Below are positions 29,182-37,929 of a stretch of DNA of 37,929 nucleotides, piece after piece. The position numbers and the translations under genes are program-made. A model generated the notes under the pieces. The model was not told the DNA's origin. It saw only the letters and a program-made list of their open reading frames with translations, and did not search any database. The DNA is from Deferribacterales bacterium. GTDB taxonomy: Bacteria > Chrysiogenota > Deferribacteres > Deferribacterales > Geovibrionaceae. The DNA lies in NCBI GenBank assembly GCA_050253335.1, contig JBFWJG010000020.1:1-37929 (forward strand). The letters are read 5' to 3'. Positions within the stretch are counted from its first letter, which is position 1. Each line of letters opens with the position of its first letter.

Positions 29182-31075
29182 CTTGCGCTTCTTCCCCTTT
29201 TACGTCCTCAACGGGTTCAGCTTTTTCTTCGCTTTTCTTTTCAATGGGCTGAAGCATGACGGGATCTATCTCGCCGGATTCAATTTTTGCGATCAGCTCA
29301 TCTATTTCATGTCCGTCGATGGTTTCTTTTTCAAGGAGAAGTCTGGTGACCGCGTGCAGCAGCCCCATGTTGTTTTTAAGTATATCCTTGGCTTTGTTAT
29401 AACCTGTGATTACGAAGCGCTTAACTTCATCATCGATCATAACCGCCGTTGATTCGCTGTAGTCTTTTGTGTGCCCGAAGTCACGGCCGAGGAACACCTG
29501 ATCGTCCTTTTTGCCGAAGGCAAGAGGGCCCATCTTTTCGCTCATTCCCCATGCGCAGACCATTTTGCGGGCTATATCTGTCGCGCGTTCGATATCGTTT
29601 CCGGCGCCTGTGCTCAGCCTGCCGTATATAACCTCTTCGGCGCAGCGTCCGGCCATGAGAACAGCAAGAATAGCCTCCATGAACTCCTTGGTGTACATGT
29701 GTCTGTCATCCTCGGGGAGCTGCTGAGTGACACCCAGAGCCATCCCTCTGGGGATGATGCTTACCTTGTGAACGGGATCCGCGTCAGGGATAAGTTTCGC
29801 CACTATCGCGTGCCCTGCTTCGTGGTAGGCGGTGTTCTCCTTTTCGGAGTCCTTGATAACCATGCTGCGTCTTTCCTTGCCCATGGTTACTTTATCTTTT
29901 GAGTCCTCGATATCTTTCATGTCCACTTTGTCCTTGTTGCGTCTGGCGGCAAGGAGGGCTGCCTCGTTAACAAGGTTTGCGAGTTCCGCACCGGCAAAAC
30001 CGGGGGTTCCCTTGGCTATGGTTTCCAGATCCACTTCGGAATCAAGGGGTATTTTGCTTGTATGCACTTTAAGTATCTGGAGCCTTCCCTGCATATCGGG
30101 TCTGGGGACAACAACCTGCCTGTCGAACCTGCCCGGTCTCAGAAGAGCGGGGTCAAGAACATCAGGCCTGTTTGTGGCGGCGATAAGAATCACGCCTTCG
30201 TTCGATTCAAAACCGTCCATCTCCACAAGTAGCTGGTTGAGGGTCTGCTCTCTTTCATCGTGTCCGCCGCCGAGGCCTGCGCCCCTGTGACGGCCGACTG
30301 CGTCTATTTCATCCACGAAAATGATGCACGGCGCATGTTTTTTACCCTGGTCAAAAAGGTCACGTACACGGGATGCGCCCACGCCCACGAACATCTCCAC
30401 GAAGTCCGAGCCGCTTATGCTGAAGAAATTTACTCCAGCCTCGCCCGCAACTGCTCTGGCGAGAAGGGTTTTACCCGTTCCCGGAGGGCCCACAAGGAGC
30501 ACGCCCTTGGGAATTTTTCCGCCGAGTTTTTGGAATTTATGGGGATCTTTAAGAAATTCGATTATTTCCTCAAGCTCTTCCTTCGCTTCTTCAATACCTG
30601 CTACATCCTTGAATGTAACCTTCTGCTGATCCTGCGTGAGCAGTTTCGCCTTGCTTTTGCCGAAGCTGAAGGCCTTGCCGCCTCCGCCTCCGCCCTGCAT
30701 CTGGCGCATGAAGAAGATCCATACTCCGATAAGCAGTATCATGGGCAGCCACGAAATAAGAACCTGCATGTACCACGGGCTCTTGTCCGGCGGACGCGCG
30801 GTTATTTTGACCTTGTTGTCAACAAGGAGCTTCACAAGTTCAGGGTCATTCGGGGCGTAGCTTTCGAACTGGGTTCCATCCTTGTACTGCCCGTTGAGTT
30901 TTTCCTGTTTAATAATAACGGATTCAACTTCTCCGCTCTGCACGGACTGAAGAAACTCCGAGTATGATATGTTTTTCATGACTCCCTGAGTGCCTGAAAT
31001 GATGTTAAAGAGGAACACCATTATGAATGCTATAACAAGCCAGAGGGCCATATTTTTATAGAGGTTGCTGTTCAT
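29168..31075 (-). CDS. ftsH: ATP-dependent zinc metalloprotease FtsH
   Basis: Two TM helices, [31 protein letters not shown]. Confidence 0.98.
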   Translation of the reverse strand: MNSNLYKNMALWLVIAFIMVFLFNIISGTQGVMKNISYSEFLQSVQSGEVESVIIKQEKLNGQYKDGTQFESYAPNDPELVKLLVDNKVKITARPPDKSPWYMQVLISWLPMILLIGVWIFFMRQMQGGGGGGKAFSFGKSKAKLLTQDQQKVTFKDVAGIEEAKEELEEIIEFLKDPHKFQKLGGKIPKGVLLVGPPGTGKTLLARAVAGEAGVNFFSISGSDFVEMFVGVGASRVRDLFDQGKKHAPCIIFVDEIDAVGRHRGAGLGGGHDEREQTLNQLLVEMDGFESNEGVILIAATNRPDVLDPALLRPGRFDRQVVVPRPDMQGRLQILKVHTSKIPLDSEVDLETIAKGTPGFAGAELANLVNEAALLAARRNKDKVDMKDIEDSKDKVTMGKERRSMVIKDSEKENTAYHEAGHAIVAKLIPDADPVHKVSIIPRGMALGVTQQLPEDDRHMYTKEFMEAILAVLMAGRCAEEVIYGRLSTGAGNDIERATDIARKMVCAWGMSEKMGPLAFGKKDDQVFLGRDFGHTKDYSESTAVMIDDEVKRFVITGYNKAKDILKNNMGLLHAVTRLLLEKETIDGHEIDELIAKIESGEIDPVMLQPIEKKSEEKAEPVEDVKGEEAQVETV

Positions 31076-31181
31076 TTCTCCTCCGAATTATATTCTAACC
31101 TAACTTCCTGCCGCACAACGCAGACAGTTTATGAATCTGCTGATTCAAAGCGGAGCGCAATGCTCCACTTGTCAGCTTTTT

Positions 31182-31715
31182 TTACTGAAATTCAACCACT
31201 CTGATATCAGGGAGGTTTCTGTATCTTCCGTCATAGTCAAGTCCGTAGCCCACGACAAACTTGTCGGGGATGGAGAAGCCTATGTAATCAGGCGTGAAAT
31301 CCATTATACGCCTTGAAGGCTTGTCAAGAAGCGCACACACGCCGACATATTCAGGGTCGCGCACCTTGAGCATCTTGGTAAGATAATTTATAGTATAGCC
31401 CGTGTCCACAATATCTTCCACCAGAAGAACACATTTGTCTTTCAGTGGTTTATCAATATCACAGACAAGCTGCACGGAGCCGCTGGACTTTGTGCTGGCG
31501 CCTTTGTAGCTGGAAACAGTTATGAACGCTGTTTCAACCATAGGTTTATCAAGCCTCCTCACCAGATCCGCCATGAAAATAAACGAACCCTTGAGAACGC
31601 CCACGACAAGGAGCTCCTTGCCCGCAAAATCGCTGTTGATTCTTTCAGCCAGCTCAGCGACCTTTTCGCTGATGCTCTGTTCCGATATGTAGCCCACAAG
31701 TGTATGCTTGTTCAC
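31182..31715 (-). CDS. hpt: Hypoxanthine phosphoribosyltransferase
   Basis: VLKGSFIFMADL, VEDIVDTG, FVVGYGLD; GTG start at 31715 preceded by GGAGG. Confidence 0.94.
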   Translation of the reverse strand: MNKHTLVGYISEQSISEKVAELAERINSDFAGKELLVVGVLKGSFIFMADLVRRLDKPMVETAFITVSSYKGASTKSSGSVQLVCDIDKPLKDKCVLLVEDIVDTGYTINYLTKMLKVRDPEYVGVCALLDKPSRRIMDFTPDYIGFSIPDKFVVGYGLDYDGRYRNLPDIRVVEFQ

Positions 31716-31848
31716 GAACCCTCCGCAACTGTCCATAAATATACATAAAAACAGATTTTAAGGACACTGGAACTTTTCAGGAAAAAATACTTTTTTAGTC
31801 AACGGAAAGGATAAAGTCAAACAAAAATAATCCGTTAATAGTAATTGC

Positions 31849-33087
31849 CTAATCATCCTCAGCCTTGCGGAGGAAAATATCCGGATTCTGAAAAACCTTT
31901 TCAGCCCAGATGATTTTACCGTCTTTCTCCGCAATAAGAGCCCTGTCTCTGTCAAAAAGTTCAGTTTTACTGTTGATAAAAATATCTTTAAGTTTTCTGC
32001 CGTCTATGCGGTCGCCGTTTCTGCGGGTTCTGACTGTTACTTCCGCATCAATGAGTGCTCCGGAAAATTCCAGAACCCTGCCGTCTGCCGTCAGTTCCCT
32101 TTCTCCCGCCTGCTTGACTGCGCTTACGGGCTTTATAAGTTCCGAGTGAAATACCCTCAGCCTTCCGTATGAGCATTCCGCGTTATAGCCGTCCGGCAGA
32201 TCGATCCGGACTGATTCACTCTCCGCAGCCAGAGCAAGCACATTGTCCACATGCCTTTTCTCCGCGCGGAAGCAGCCGGAAAGCATCCGCCGCACAACCC
32301 ACGCCTGCTCGAGGGGGCTAAGGGCAAGGAGTCTGTCAGTTTCCGCAATACAGACCCCGTTCTCACACTGATACACACAGCCGAGGCGCTCCTCAGTCTC
32401 CGCATCAAGCAGAGCGGACTGCTCCATAAGCTGTATAACCTTTTCCAGAAATGCGGGATTATATCGTTTTATCTCTGAAACTATCCCCCCCCGCACCCAG
32501 TTACGCAGGTATGAGGTGTCCAGATTAGTTTCATCAAAAGTGGTCTCTATGCCATTCTTTTCTATATATTCCAGAACATCTTCGGTGGAGATTTTCAGCA
32601 TTGGGCGAAAGATGTTCCCCCTTGTCAGCTTTATTCCGCCGAGAGAGTAAGGGGACGCGCCCTGAAAAACCCTTATGAAGAAGGTTTCCGCCATATCGTC
32701 TCCGGTGTGGGCGGTGAGTATCAGTTCAAACCATCCCTTTTCAGCAACTCCTTCCAGAGCCTCATAACGGAGCTTTCTGGCGGCATGTTCCAGCCCCTGC
32801 CCCTGTTCTGAAGCCAGTTCGGGAACATTTCTTCTCTCCGCATAAAAATCTATTCCACGCCTTTCGCAGAACGCACGGCAGAAAGCCTCGTCCCTGTCCG
32901 CGTTTTCACCGCGTATCATGTGATTGACATGACAGGCTCCGAAGGCAATTTTCAGTCTTTGGGCATTAATATAAAGCCAGTGGAGAAGAGCGCATGAATC
33001 CTTTCCGCCGGAAAAAGCGGCAAGAACCTTCCTGCCCGCCATGCTTCCGGCGCTTTCTTCCATGTATCTGTCAAAGGATAAAATCAT
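31849..33087 (-). CDS. tilS: tRNA(Ile)-lysidine synthetase
   Basis: SGGKDS, HVNHMIRG, AARKLRY, AHTGDD..ET, RPML, DETN....LRN.VR; start set at ATG 33087. Confidence 0.94.
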   Translation of the reverse strand: MILSFDRYMEESAGSMAGRKVLAAFSGGKDSCALLHWLYINAQRLKIAFGACHVNHMIRGENADRDEAFCRAFCERRGIDFYAERRNVPELASEQGQGLEHAARKLRYEALEGVAEKGWFELILTAHTGDDMAETFFIRVFQGASPYSLGGIKLTRGNIFRPMLKISTEDVLEYIEKNGIETTFDETNLDTSYLRNWVRGGIVSEIKRYNPAFLEKVIQLMEQSALLDAETEERLGCVYQCENGVCIAETDRLLALSPLEQAWVVRRMLSGCFRAEKRHVDNVLALAAESESVRIDLPDGYNAECSYGRLRVFHSELIKPVSAVKQAGERELTADGRVLEFSGALIDAEVTVRTRRNGDRIDGRKLKDIFINSKTELFDRDRALIAEKDGKIIWAEKVFQNPDIFLRKAEDD

Positions 33088-34429
33088 TCTGTTTGCGGTA
33101 AATTTCCGTAAATGCCTTTTTCTTTGCCTCAAAGCCTTCACGGCCGAGGAGCCCGTAGGCATACTGTTTGCCCTCCTCAACGCCGGGCTGGTCGAAGGGA
33201 TCTATATCGTAAGCGAGACCGATCACCGGAACGACATACTGATAAAGCATGAAAAGCTGTCCGAGAGTGTATTCGTCCAGCACATCCACAGTAAGTTTCA
33301 GTGAGGGCTTGCCCGTATTTTTCAGGGCGGCCTCGGTGGCTTTAAGCTCAACATTGCAGAGCTCGCCCATTGTGTGTCCGCTCAGATAGTCATAAGCAGG
33401 GAAAGATGATTTCAGGGTTTTGTCGCTTTCGTGGTTCAGGACTTCGATAAAAGTCACAAGCTTGTCCGAGGGGCCTTCCTTGAAAAGCTGAACAAGGGAG
33501 TGCTGATCAACAACGCCCACCGATGGAACGGGTGTGGAGCCGAAAAAGACCTCTTTTCCGCTGCGGTCGTATCTTTTTCCGAGACTTTCGCCCCAGAGCT
33601 GGCAAAACCACGCCGAAAACGACTTCAGTCTTGAGCTGTAGGGCATCATGACGTTCATGTTGCGCCCTTTGTCCATGTAGTACATATAGATAGAGGCGAG
33701 AACCAGGATCATTTCGTAGTTGTCGGATGTTATTGAGGCTCCGCCCTTTATGAGCTTGTCGATATCCATGCCCAGAACAGCGGCGGGGAGAAGCCCCACT
33801 GGGCTGAGCACGGAGTATCTTCCGCCCACATTGGAGGGAACATCGAACGCGCGGAATTTCTTTTCGGAGGCGATGGAGCGCATGATCCCCTTTTCGGGAT
33901 CCGTTATAACCACAACTTTCTTTGATATATCTTTTACATTGCTTTTGAGCCATTCGTAGATGATGTTGAAGTTTGCGGCTGTTTCCACCGTGCTGCCCGA
34001 TTTGGAGATAACGCACAGGAAAGTGTCGTCAGGTTCGCAGGTGTTCATTATGGAGGCGACTTTGGAAGGGTCAACATTGTCCGCCACCCATATTCTGGGC
34101 TTGCTCCCCCTTTCCCCGTAGGAAAGCGAGTTGTAGCCGAAAGGAAGCAGAGCATCGCACAGGGTTTCAAGCCCGAGGGATGAACCGCCTATGCCCGCCA
34201 CGATAAAATCGTTCACGGAGCCTTTTATCTCCTTGGCGAAGCTTTTCATGGCGACTGTGTTCTGCCCTTTTAGGTTCGGGAAGCCCACCGCACCGGAGTT
34301 AACAAGGTCTATCAGTCTGGAAAGGCCTAATCTGGCTTTCTCCTTGTACTGCTCGAAGTCAGCCTCGCCCATGCCGCCTTTAATAAAAACGGATGACGTA
34401 TAGTTATAATCCAGCCTGATCCTTTCCAT
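33071..34429 (-). CDS. pgi: Glucose-6-phosphate isomerase
   Basis: GIGGSSLG, SKSGSTVET, VGGRYS, QLWGESLGK, DQHS, FDQPGVEEGK. Confidence 0.95.
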   Translation of the reverse strand: MERIRLDYNYTSSVFIKGGMGEADFEQYKEKARLGLSRLIDLVNSGAVGFPNLKGQNTVAMKSFAKEIKGSVNDFIVAGIGGSSLGLETLCDALLPFGYNSLSYGERGSKPRIWVADNVDPSKVASIMNTCEPDDTFLCVISKSGSTVETAANFNIIYEWLKSNVKDISKKVVVITDPEKGIMRSIASEKKFRAFDVPSNVGGRYSVLSPVGLLPAAVLGMDIDKLIKGGASITSDNYEMILVLASIYMYYMDKGRNMNVMMPYSSRLKSFSAWFCQLWGESLGKRYDRSGKEVFFGSTPVPSVGVVDQHSLVQLFKEGPSDKLVTFIEVLNHESDKTLKSSFPAYDYLSGHTMGELCNVELKATEAALKNTGKPSLKLTVDVLDEYTLGQLFMLYQYVVPVIGLAYDIDPFDQPGVEEGKQYAYGLLGREGFEAKKKAFTEIYRKQNDFIL

Positions 34430-36215
34430 CGCAAACCTCCAGAAAGCTCAGGGCCTCACTCAGCGTGCGTACCCTGTGTACATTTTTTAGCACATCCATA
34501 AAGGACTTTCCATAATTTTTAGTTAACAGGCGGTCATCCAGCACCACCCAGAGCCCCATATCATCCTCATGGCGGAAGAGTCTTCCCACCGCCTGCTTAA
34601 AGTAAATCACCGCACGGGGAAGGAAAAAATCCATGAAAGGATTGCCGCCGTTATTTTTAACCTTCTCGGATTTCTGTTTGAGAAAAGCATCATCCGGATA
34701 TTCAAAAGGGAGCTTGTCCAGCACAACGCATTTCAGCCCTGTGTGAGCGAAATCCACCCCTTCGCGGAAGATGTTGCAGCCTATGAATATGCCCCCTGTT
34801 TCCAGCTCGCGGTCGCTTATATCCACATTCCCCTGCATGAACACTTTTTTGTAGGGAAGCGCAGTTTCAAAGAGGGCGGCAAGCTCCTCCATCCTTCTCG
34901 TGCTGTTGCATATAACAAGCATTGAGCCCTCAAGGCGGGAGGCGAGTGAGGTATATATTCCGTCAGCGTTTTTATCGTTCCATAAGCCTTTGGGAACGTA
35001 AATCCGCCCTCTGGTCTCGTAATCGAAAACCGCCCCTGTTTTAAGTGCGTTGACCTCGCTCGGGTCATAGCCAAGCTCCGAAAGGAAATAGCCGAAGCTG
35101 TCCCCCGCGGTGAGTGTTGCGCTTATGAACAGAGGGGAAATGCAGGTTCCTTTCAGTCCTTCCCTGAAATTATCGCCTGCGGTAAGCGGAATAAACTTCA
35201 CAGTGAAAGAGCCCGCTCCCGCTTCACAGAGCCTCACTCCCTCCTCATCTCCGCGTATGGGAACAAGAGCGGCTTTCAGCTTGGTGAAAGGGTCTTTTAT
35301 CTCTTTCTCTGTCTTATCCTCTATGATTCTGAAAACTGTTTCTATGTATCTGTCCACATCCCCTTTCATCTGCTCAAGGAGCATGCGGCTTTCCTTTACT
35401 CCGGCAAGGAGGGTGTTGTAAGCTCCGGTGGCTGTCTCAACATCCTTCGGTGAGAAATGCGCCTTGTTCTCACGTATCAGCGACATGAAGCTCCGCAGGT
35501 TGATGTCGCTCCCTGCGAACTGGGGGTAAATATCCGGCAGGGCGTGCGCCTCATCGAATATCACATGCTCTGCGAAGTCGAACACCGCTCCGAACTCGCT
35601 TTTGCTCTTCATTGCTATATCGCTTGCTATGAGGTGATGGTTGGTGACTATTACGTCAGACGCGTTCGCCGCCTCTTTTGCTCTGTAGAATGAGCAGTGG
35701 GCAAAAAACTGACAGCCGCTGCCGGAGCACTGATAGCTGTCTGCGGTCATTTTTTCTATGATCTCTCCGCCGAACATGCCGAAGGGTATCTCTATCACGT
35801 AGTTTTCGGCTATCCCCTCAAACCACTTAACCGCATCGGGGTAAAAGCTTGAGTTCGGATAAACCAGACGGAAAAAACGCTCATGGCAGAAGTAGTTCCT
35901 GCGCCCTTTGAGGTAATACACCGTTGGGGAATGCCCGAAAAGCTTTGATGCTATGGGAATATCCTTGTTCAGGATCTGGAGCATGAGCTGTTTTGTCTTG
36001 GTGGATATTATCACCTTCCGCTCAAGCTCAAGGGCGGGAATAAGGTATGACAGAGTCTTGCCGGAGCCTGTGGGCGCCTCAACCACAGCCGGAACATGAC
36101 CGCTCATAGATTTATGGATGAACTCCGCTATCTCCGCCTGCTGCTTCCTCGGCCTGTAGCCGCTCAGCACTGACGGCAGAAAGTCTTCATCTTCAAAGTA
36201 ATTTTTTATATTCAT
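34404..36215 (-). CDS. DinG/YoaA-family ATP-dependent DNA helicase
   Basis: EAPTGSGKT, KGRRNYFC plus Cys cluster (Fe-S-like), VTNHHL, DEAH, SATL, EGVD, KLPF, QAVGRL.R. Confidence 0.9.
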   Translation of the reverse strand: MNIKNYFEDEDFLPSVLSGYRPRKQQAEIAEFIHKSMSGHVPAVVEAPTGSGKTLSYLIPALELERKVIISTKTKQLMLQILNKDIPIASKLFGHSPTVYYLKGRRNYFCHERFFRLVYPNSSFYPDAVKWFEGIAENYVIEIPFGMFGGEIIEKMTADSYQCSGSGCQFFAHCSFYRAKEAANASDVIVTNHHLIASDIAMKSKSEFGAVFDFAEHVIFDEAHALPDIYPQFAGSDINLRSFMSLIRENKAHFSPKDVETATGAYNTLLAGVKESRMLLEQMKGDVDRYIETVFRIIEDKTEKEIKDPFTKLKAALVPIRGDEEGVRLCEAGAGSFTVKFIPLTAGDNFREGLKGTCISPLFISATLTAGDSFGYFLSELGYDPSEVNALKTGAVFDYETRGRIYVPKGLWNDKNADGIYTSLASRLEGSMLVICNSTRRMEELAALFETALPYKKVFMQGNVDISDRELETGGIFIGCNIFREGVDFAHTGLKCVVLDKLPFEYPDDAFLKQKSEKVKNNGGNPFMDFFLPRAVIYFKQAVGRLFRHEDDMGLWVVLDDRLLTKNYGKSFMDVLKNVHRVRTLSEALSFLEVCDGKDQAGL

Positions 36216-36277
36216 ATCATCACAGGAAAATTTATATCACACAGCGGCGGAAGTATAAACTTAATATTTAAAACCCA

Positions 36278-36317
36278 TTGCATTCTACACACTTCATGCG
36301 CATACTATACACATGAA
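36278..36317 (+). promoter_or_regulatory. Putative TA-operon promoter with overlapping palindromic operator
   Basis: TTGCAT-N17-CATACT; imperfect palindrome TTCATGCGCATA-C-TATACACATGAA (36293-36317, 10/12 paired) over the -10; GGAGG RBS follows. Confidence 0.6.
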
Positions 36318-36329
36318 CGGAGGAGCACT

Positions 36330-36587
36330 ATGAACAAAACCAGACTCAATATCAGCATCGATCAGGATATTGCAGACTTTGCCAAGGATTTCGCAAGCGA
36401 AAACCGCACCACGGTTTCTGATATTATAACCCAGTATTTTCTTGCGGTTAAACGCAGAAAAGAAGGTGAATCAGCAGAACGCATACTGGCAGATCCGGCA
36501 TTCAGCGCAGCACTTGAAGAAATGCAGGAAAAACTGAGAACAAACAAAGCCCGCTGGCATTCATACGATGAGGTATTCGGCGGATGA
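36330..36587 (+). CDS. Putative antitoxin (ribbon-helix-helix, DUF6364-like)
   Basis: KTRLNISID...AK.FA.....TVSDII RHH-like N-terminus, C-terminal WHSYDEVFG; ATGA overlap with the next gene. Confidence 0.75.
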   Translation: MNKTRLNISIDQDIADFAKDFASENRTTVSDIITQYFLAVKRRKEGESAERILADPAFSAALEEMQEKLRTNKARWHSYDEVFGG

Positions 36588-36898
36588 ATCAGGCTCTTTT
36601 TGAGGAAGCATTTCTTAAAGACCTGAAAAAACATCAATCCATAAAAAAGATTATCCAAAAAAAAGTCGACATGATTCTGTCAGATCCGGCTGCAATGGGA
36701 GAACCGCTGAAAGGCAATCTCCGAGGGTTTTATTCCTGCCTTGTTAAGCGGAATTTTATCATAATATATCTTTACTGCCGCTTATGCCGCAAAAAAGGTG
36801 ATGATAAGCATGTCATGTGTGCGGATTGCGATGATACAGGGAGTGATACAGTAAAATTTGTGCTCCTCGGACCCCATGATGACGCATACGGAATATAA
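36584..36898 (+). CDS. Putative RelE/ParE-superfamily toxin with a Cys4 insertion
   Basis: FLKDLKK, GEPLKGNLRGFYS, FIIIY, C-terminal LGPHDDAY; CRLC...CADC insertion. Confidence 0.75.
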   Translation: MNQALFEEAFLKDLKKHQSIKKIIQKKVDMILSDPAAMGEPLKGNLRGFYSCLVKRNFIIIYLYCRLCRKKGDDKHVMCADCDDTGSDTVKFVLLGPHDDAYGI

Positions 36899-36982
36899 AA
36901 GCCTGTATGCTTAAAAAACCGAACAAAACATCTTTTTTATGCGTCCATTTTCTGATAGAATTTTTACCCGTCGGAGAGTTAA

Positions 36983-37929
36983 ATGTTCAGAAAATTATCA
37001 GCAGTCCTCATAATAATAATCCTCAGCGTAAGCTGCGGAGCGGCAAAGCACGAAAAGCCCGCGCAGGCTGACGATCAGCAGCCGAAGGCGGAGGCTGTGG
37101 CTCCTGTTCATCCCGAACATCAGCCGGAGGCCTCCGAATCCAGCAGGGTCACTCCCACTGTTCTTGCAATACGCAAAATTGAAGACAGCGTGGTGAACAT
37201 CCGCACGGAAAAAACCGTGGAAACAAATGTCAGCCCCTTCTTTAATGATCCTTTTTTTGACGATTTCTTCGGACTGCGCAAACGCAGCTACAAAACCCAG
37301 AGTCTGGGCTCCGGTGTTTTCATAAGCGACAACGGAACGGTTGTAACCAACTTCCATGTGGTGAAAGACGCCACAACTGTTTTCGTTATCACCCGCGACA
37401 ATGCCAACTACGAGGCGGAGTTCATAGGCGGGGACGAATCCATTGACCTTGCAGTTCTGAAAATAAAAGACAATACAAAGAAATTTCCCGCGGCCACCCT
37501 CGGCACAAGCTCGGATGTGATGCTTGGCGAACCCATAATAGCCATAGGCAACCCCTACGGCCTCAGCAGTTCGGTGACAACAGGCGTAATAAGCGCCGCG
37601 GCGAGGATGATGAACATCGGCAACAACTACAGCGTGTTCATACAGACTGACGCACTCATAAACCCCGGCAACTCCGGCGGCCCGCTGATCAACATCAACG
37701 GCGAGGTGATAGGCATCAACACCGCAATCCACCGTCAGGCGCAGGGGATAGGCTTTTCCATTCCGGCGGACACCGTAAAAAGAGTCCTGCCCGAGATAAT
37801 AAGAAACGGCAAACTCCGCAGGGGGCATGTGGGCTTCACAGTCAAAGACACCGCTCAGGGTGAGGACATGATGCCCGTGATCGAATCAGTTGAAAAAAAT
37901 TCCAACGCCGAAGAGATAGGACTTAAACC
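36983..37929 (+). CDS. DegP/HtrA (Do) family serine protease, 5' part (runs off the window; absent from the ORF track)
   Basis: Manual translation from ATG 36983 (GGAG RBS): MFRKLSAVLIIIILSVSC..., SLGSGV, VTNFHVV, DLAVLK, AIGNPYGL, TDALINPGNSGGPL. Confidence 0.93.
   Translation, partial: MFRKLSAVLIIIILSVSCGAAKHEKPAQADDQQPKAEAVAPVHPEHQPEASESSRVTPTVLAIRKIEDSVVNIRTEKTVETNVSPFFNDPFFDDFFGLRKRSYKTQSLGSGVFISDNGTVVTNFHVVKDATTVFVITRDNANYEAEFIGGDESIDLAVLKIKDNTKKFPAATLGTSSDVMLGEPIIAIGNPYGLSSSVTTGVISAAARMMNIGNNYSVFIQTDALINPGNSGGPLININGEVIGINTAIHRQAQGIGFSIPADTVKRVLPEIIRNGKLRRGHVGFTVKDTAQGEDMMPVIESVEKNSNAEEIGLK

Noticed and set aside
31132..31168. Two small hairpins between hpt and ftsH (TGAATC/GATTCA; GCGGAGC/GCTCCAC), one containing GCGGAGCG
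   Set aside because: The stems are short, the element core and CGCCGTG tag are absent, and there is no convincing U-tract, so no function or family can be assigned.
36998..37828. 276-aa minus-strand ORF
   Set aside because: It is the antisense shadow of the plus-strand HtrA gene, which has an intact catalytic triad.

Overview
Bacterial chromosomal housekeeping region with nearly all genes on the minus strand. In transcription order: dinG-like helicase, pgi, tilS, hpt, ftsH, folP, cdaA, cdaR, glmM, pdxJ, acpS, kdsB, pyrG, kdsD, kdsC, lptCAB, rpoN, hpf, ptsN, hprK, rapZ, mannose-family PTS IIA/IIB/IIC/IID, HPr, enzyme I, pgsA, a DUF362/4Fe-4S protein, plsY, ribD, ribE, ribBA, ribH, nusB, two small proteins, tldD and a YhaM-like OB/HD nuclease. 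At the right end, on the plus strand, are a type II toxin-antitoxin pair and a DegP/HtrA protease gene that runs off the window and is missing from the ORF track. The gene content suggests an LPS-producing diderm, possibly Deferribacterota- or Desulfobacterota-like (inference only). The most unusual signal is non-coding. A ~105-110 bp three-hairpin element with a conserved 46-nt core and compensatory stem changes sits directly after the stop codons of two unrelated genes (yhaM-like and ribE). At both loci it is tandemly duplicated together with the last 46-64 bp of the host gene, giving gene tail - element - tail copy - element. A truncated third copy follows ribBA, next to a related REP-like inverted repeat. 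No mobilising enzyme is encoded in the window.
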